From positions 64,356,001 to 64,420,000 of the forward strand of contig OZ024742.1 of the NCBI GenBank assembly GCA_964016885.1: a DNA stretch of 64,000 nucleotides, written 5' to 3'. Within the stretch, counting starts at the first letter, position 1, and the number at the start of each line of letters is the position of its first letter. This document shows positions 62,010 through 64,000 of this stretch, one piece after another. A model generated the notes under the pieces. That model saw nothing but the letters and a program-made list of their open reading frames with translations. It did no database searches and was not told the origin of the DNA. Made by a program: the position numbers and the translations under genes. This stretch comes from Eledone cirrhosa. Its lineage: Eukaryota.

Positions 62010-64000
62010 ATAATGGGCACTGGCCTGAAGTGTAGAGGAAGGAGTGTTATCATGGGATGTACTGGTCTACATTGTAAAGTGGGTTACCAGAGGAGATACT
62101 GGTCTGAAGTGAAGAGGAGGGGTTTACCATGGGAGGTACTGGTCTGAAGTGAAGAGGAGGGGTTTACCATGGGAGATACTGATCTGAAGTGTAGAGGAGG
62201 GGTTTACCATGGGAGGTACTGGTCTGAAGTGTAGAGGAGGGGTTTACCATGGGAGGTACTGGTCTGAAGTGTAAATGATGGGTTTACCATGGGAGGTACT
62301 GGTCTGAAGTGTAAAGGAGGGGTTTACCATGGGAGGTACTGGTCTGAAGTGTAAATGAGGGGTTTACCATGGGAGGTAGTGGTCTGAAGTGTAAAGGAGG
62401 GGTTTACCATGGGAGGTACTGGTCTGAAGTGTAGAGGAGGGGTTTACCATGGGAGATACTGGTCTGAAGTGTAGAGGAGGGGTTTACCATGGGAGGTACT
62501 GGTCTGAAGTGTAAATGATGGGTTTACCATGGGAGGTACTGGTCTGAAGTGTAAAGGAGGGGTTTACCATGGGAGGTACTGGTCTGAAGTGTAAATGATG
62601 GGTTTACCATGGGAGGTACTGGTCTGAAGTGTAAATGAGGGGTTTACCATGGGAGGTACTGGTCTGAAGTGTAAATGAGGGGTTTACCATGGGAGGTACT
62701 GGTCTGAAGTGTAGAGGAGGGGTTTACCATGGGAGGTACTGGTCTGAAGTGTAGAGGAGGGGTTTACCATGGGAGGTACTGGTCTGAAGTGTAAAGGAGG
62801 GGTTTACCATGGGAGGTACTGGTCTGAAGTGTAGAGGAGGGGTTTACCATGGGAGGTACTGGTCTGAAGTGTAAAGGAGGGGTTTACCATGGGAGGTACT
62901 GGTCTGAAGTGTAGAGGAGGGGTTTACCATGGGAGGTACTGGTCTGAAGTGTAGAGGAGGGGTTTACCATGGGAGGTACTGGTCTGAAGTGTAGAGGAGG
63001 GGTTTACCATGGGAGGTACTGGTCTGAAGTGTAAATGAGGGGTTTACCATGGGAGGTACTGGTCTGAAGTGTAAATGATGGGTTTACCATGGGAGGTACT
63101 GGTCTGAAGTGTAAATGAGGGGTTTACCATGGGAGGTACTGGTCTGAAGTGTAAATGAGGGGTTTACCATGGGAGGTACTGGTCTGAAGTGTAGAGGAGG
63201 GGTTTACCATGGGAGGTACTGGTTTGAAGTGTAGAGGAGGGGTTTACCATGGGAGGTACTGGTCTGAAGTGTAGAGGAGGGGTTTACCATGGGAGGTACT
63301 GGTCTGAAGTGTAAAGGAGGGGTTTACCATGGGAGGTACTGGTCTGAAGTGTAGAGGAGGGGTTTACCATGGGAGGTACTGGTCTGAAGTGTAAAGGAGG
63401 GGTTTACCATGGGAGGTACTGGTCTGAAGTGTAGAGGAGGGGTTTACCATGGGAGGTACTGGTCTGAAGTGTAGAGGAGGGGTTTACCATGGGAGGTACT
63501 GGTCTGAAGTGTAGAGGAGGGGTTTACCATGGGAGGTACTGGTCTGAAGTGTAGAGGAGGGGTTTACCATGGGAGATACTGGTCTGAAGTGTAGAGGAGG
63601 GGTTTACCATGGGAGGTACTGGTCTGAAGTGTAAATGAGGGGTTTACCATGGGAGGTACTGGTCTGAAGTGTAGAGGAGGGGTTTACCATGGGAGATACT
63701 GGTCTGAAGTGTAGAGGAGGGGTTTACCATGGGAGATACTGGTCTGAAGTGTAGAGGAGGGGTTTACCATGGGAGGTACTGGTCTGAAGTGTAAATGAGG
63801 GGTTTACCATGGGAGGTACTGGTCTGAAGTGTAGAGGAGGGGTTTACCATGGGAGGTACTGGTCTGAAGTGTAGAGGAGGGGTTTACCATGGGAGATACT
63901 GGTCTGAAGTGTAGAGGAGGGGTTTACCAGAGGAGGTACTGGTCTGAAGTGTAAATGAGGGGTTTACCATGGGAGGTACTGGTCTGAAGTGTAGAGGAGG
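62010..64000. repeat. Tandem array, 40 bp unit GGTTTACCATGGGAGGTACTGGTCTGAAGTGTAGAGGAGG; runs off the right edge
   Basis: About 48 highly homogeneous copies from ~62090, with degenerate precursors from ~61970; variants GTAGAG/GTAAAG/GTAAAT. Confidence 0.98.

Overview
This is repeat-dense, AT-rich, CpG-poor animal genomic DNA, not prokaryotic. The SINE, LINE and microsatellite repertoire suggests a cephalopod (octopus-like) genome; that is inferred from recalled repeat families, not from a database hit. I find no intact host gene. About 36% of the window is five tandem arrays: 42 bp (1-1425), 35 bp (2202-4148), 27/17 bp (22655-37757, 15 kb, with nested ~2.3 kb and ~6.76 kb higher-order duplications), 30 bp (58399-61183, with a TTAA-bounded internal inversion) and 40 bp (62010-end). 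The rest holds decayed RTE-clade LINEs (one near full-length, one with a PHD-type Zn finger inside the RT region), CR1-like LINE 3' ends, two tRNA-headed SINE families (one with clear TSDs), four TTAA/piggyBac-type MITEs, two 481-482 bp non-autonomous Helitrons and a fossil pogo-type transposase. The very long His/Cys/Thr-rich ORFs in the ORF track are by-products of stop-free satellite units. I see no convincing new protein-coding system. The most interesting signals are structural: satellite architecture, LINE/SINE 3'-module exchange, and insertion-site rules.
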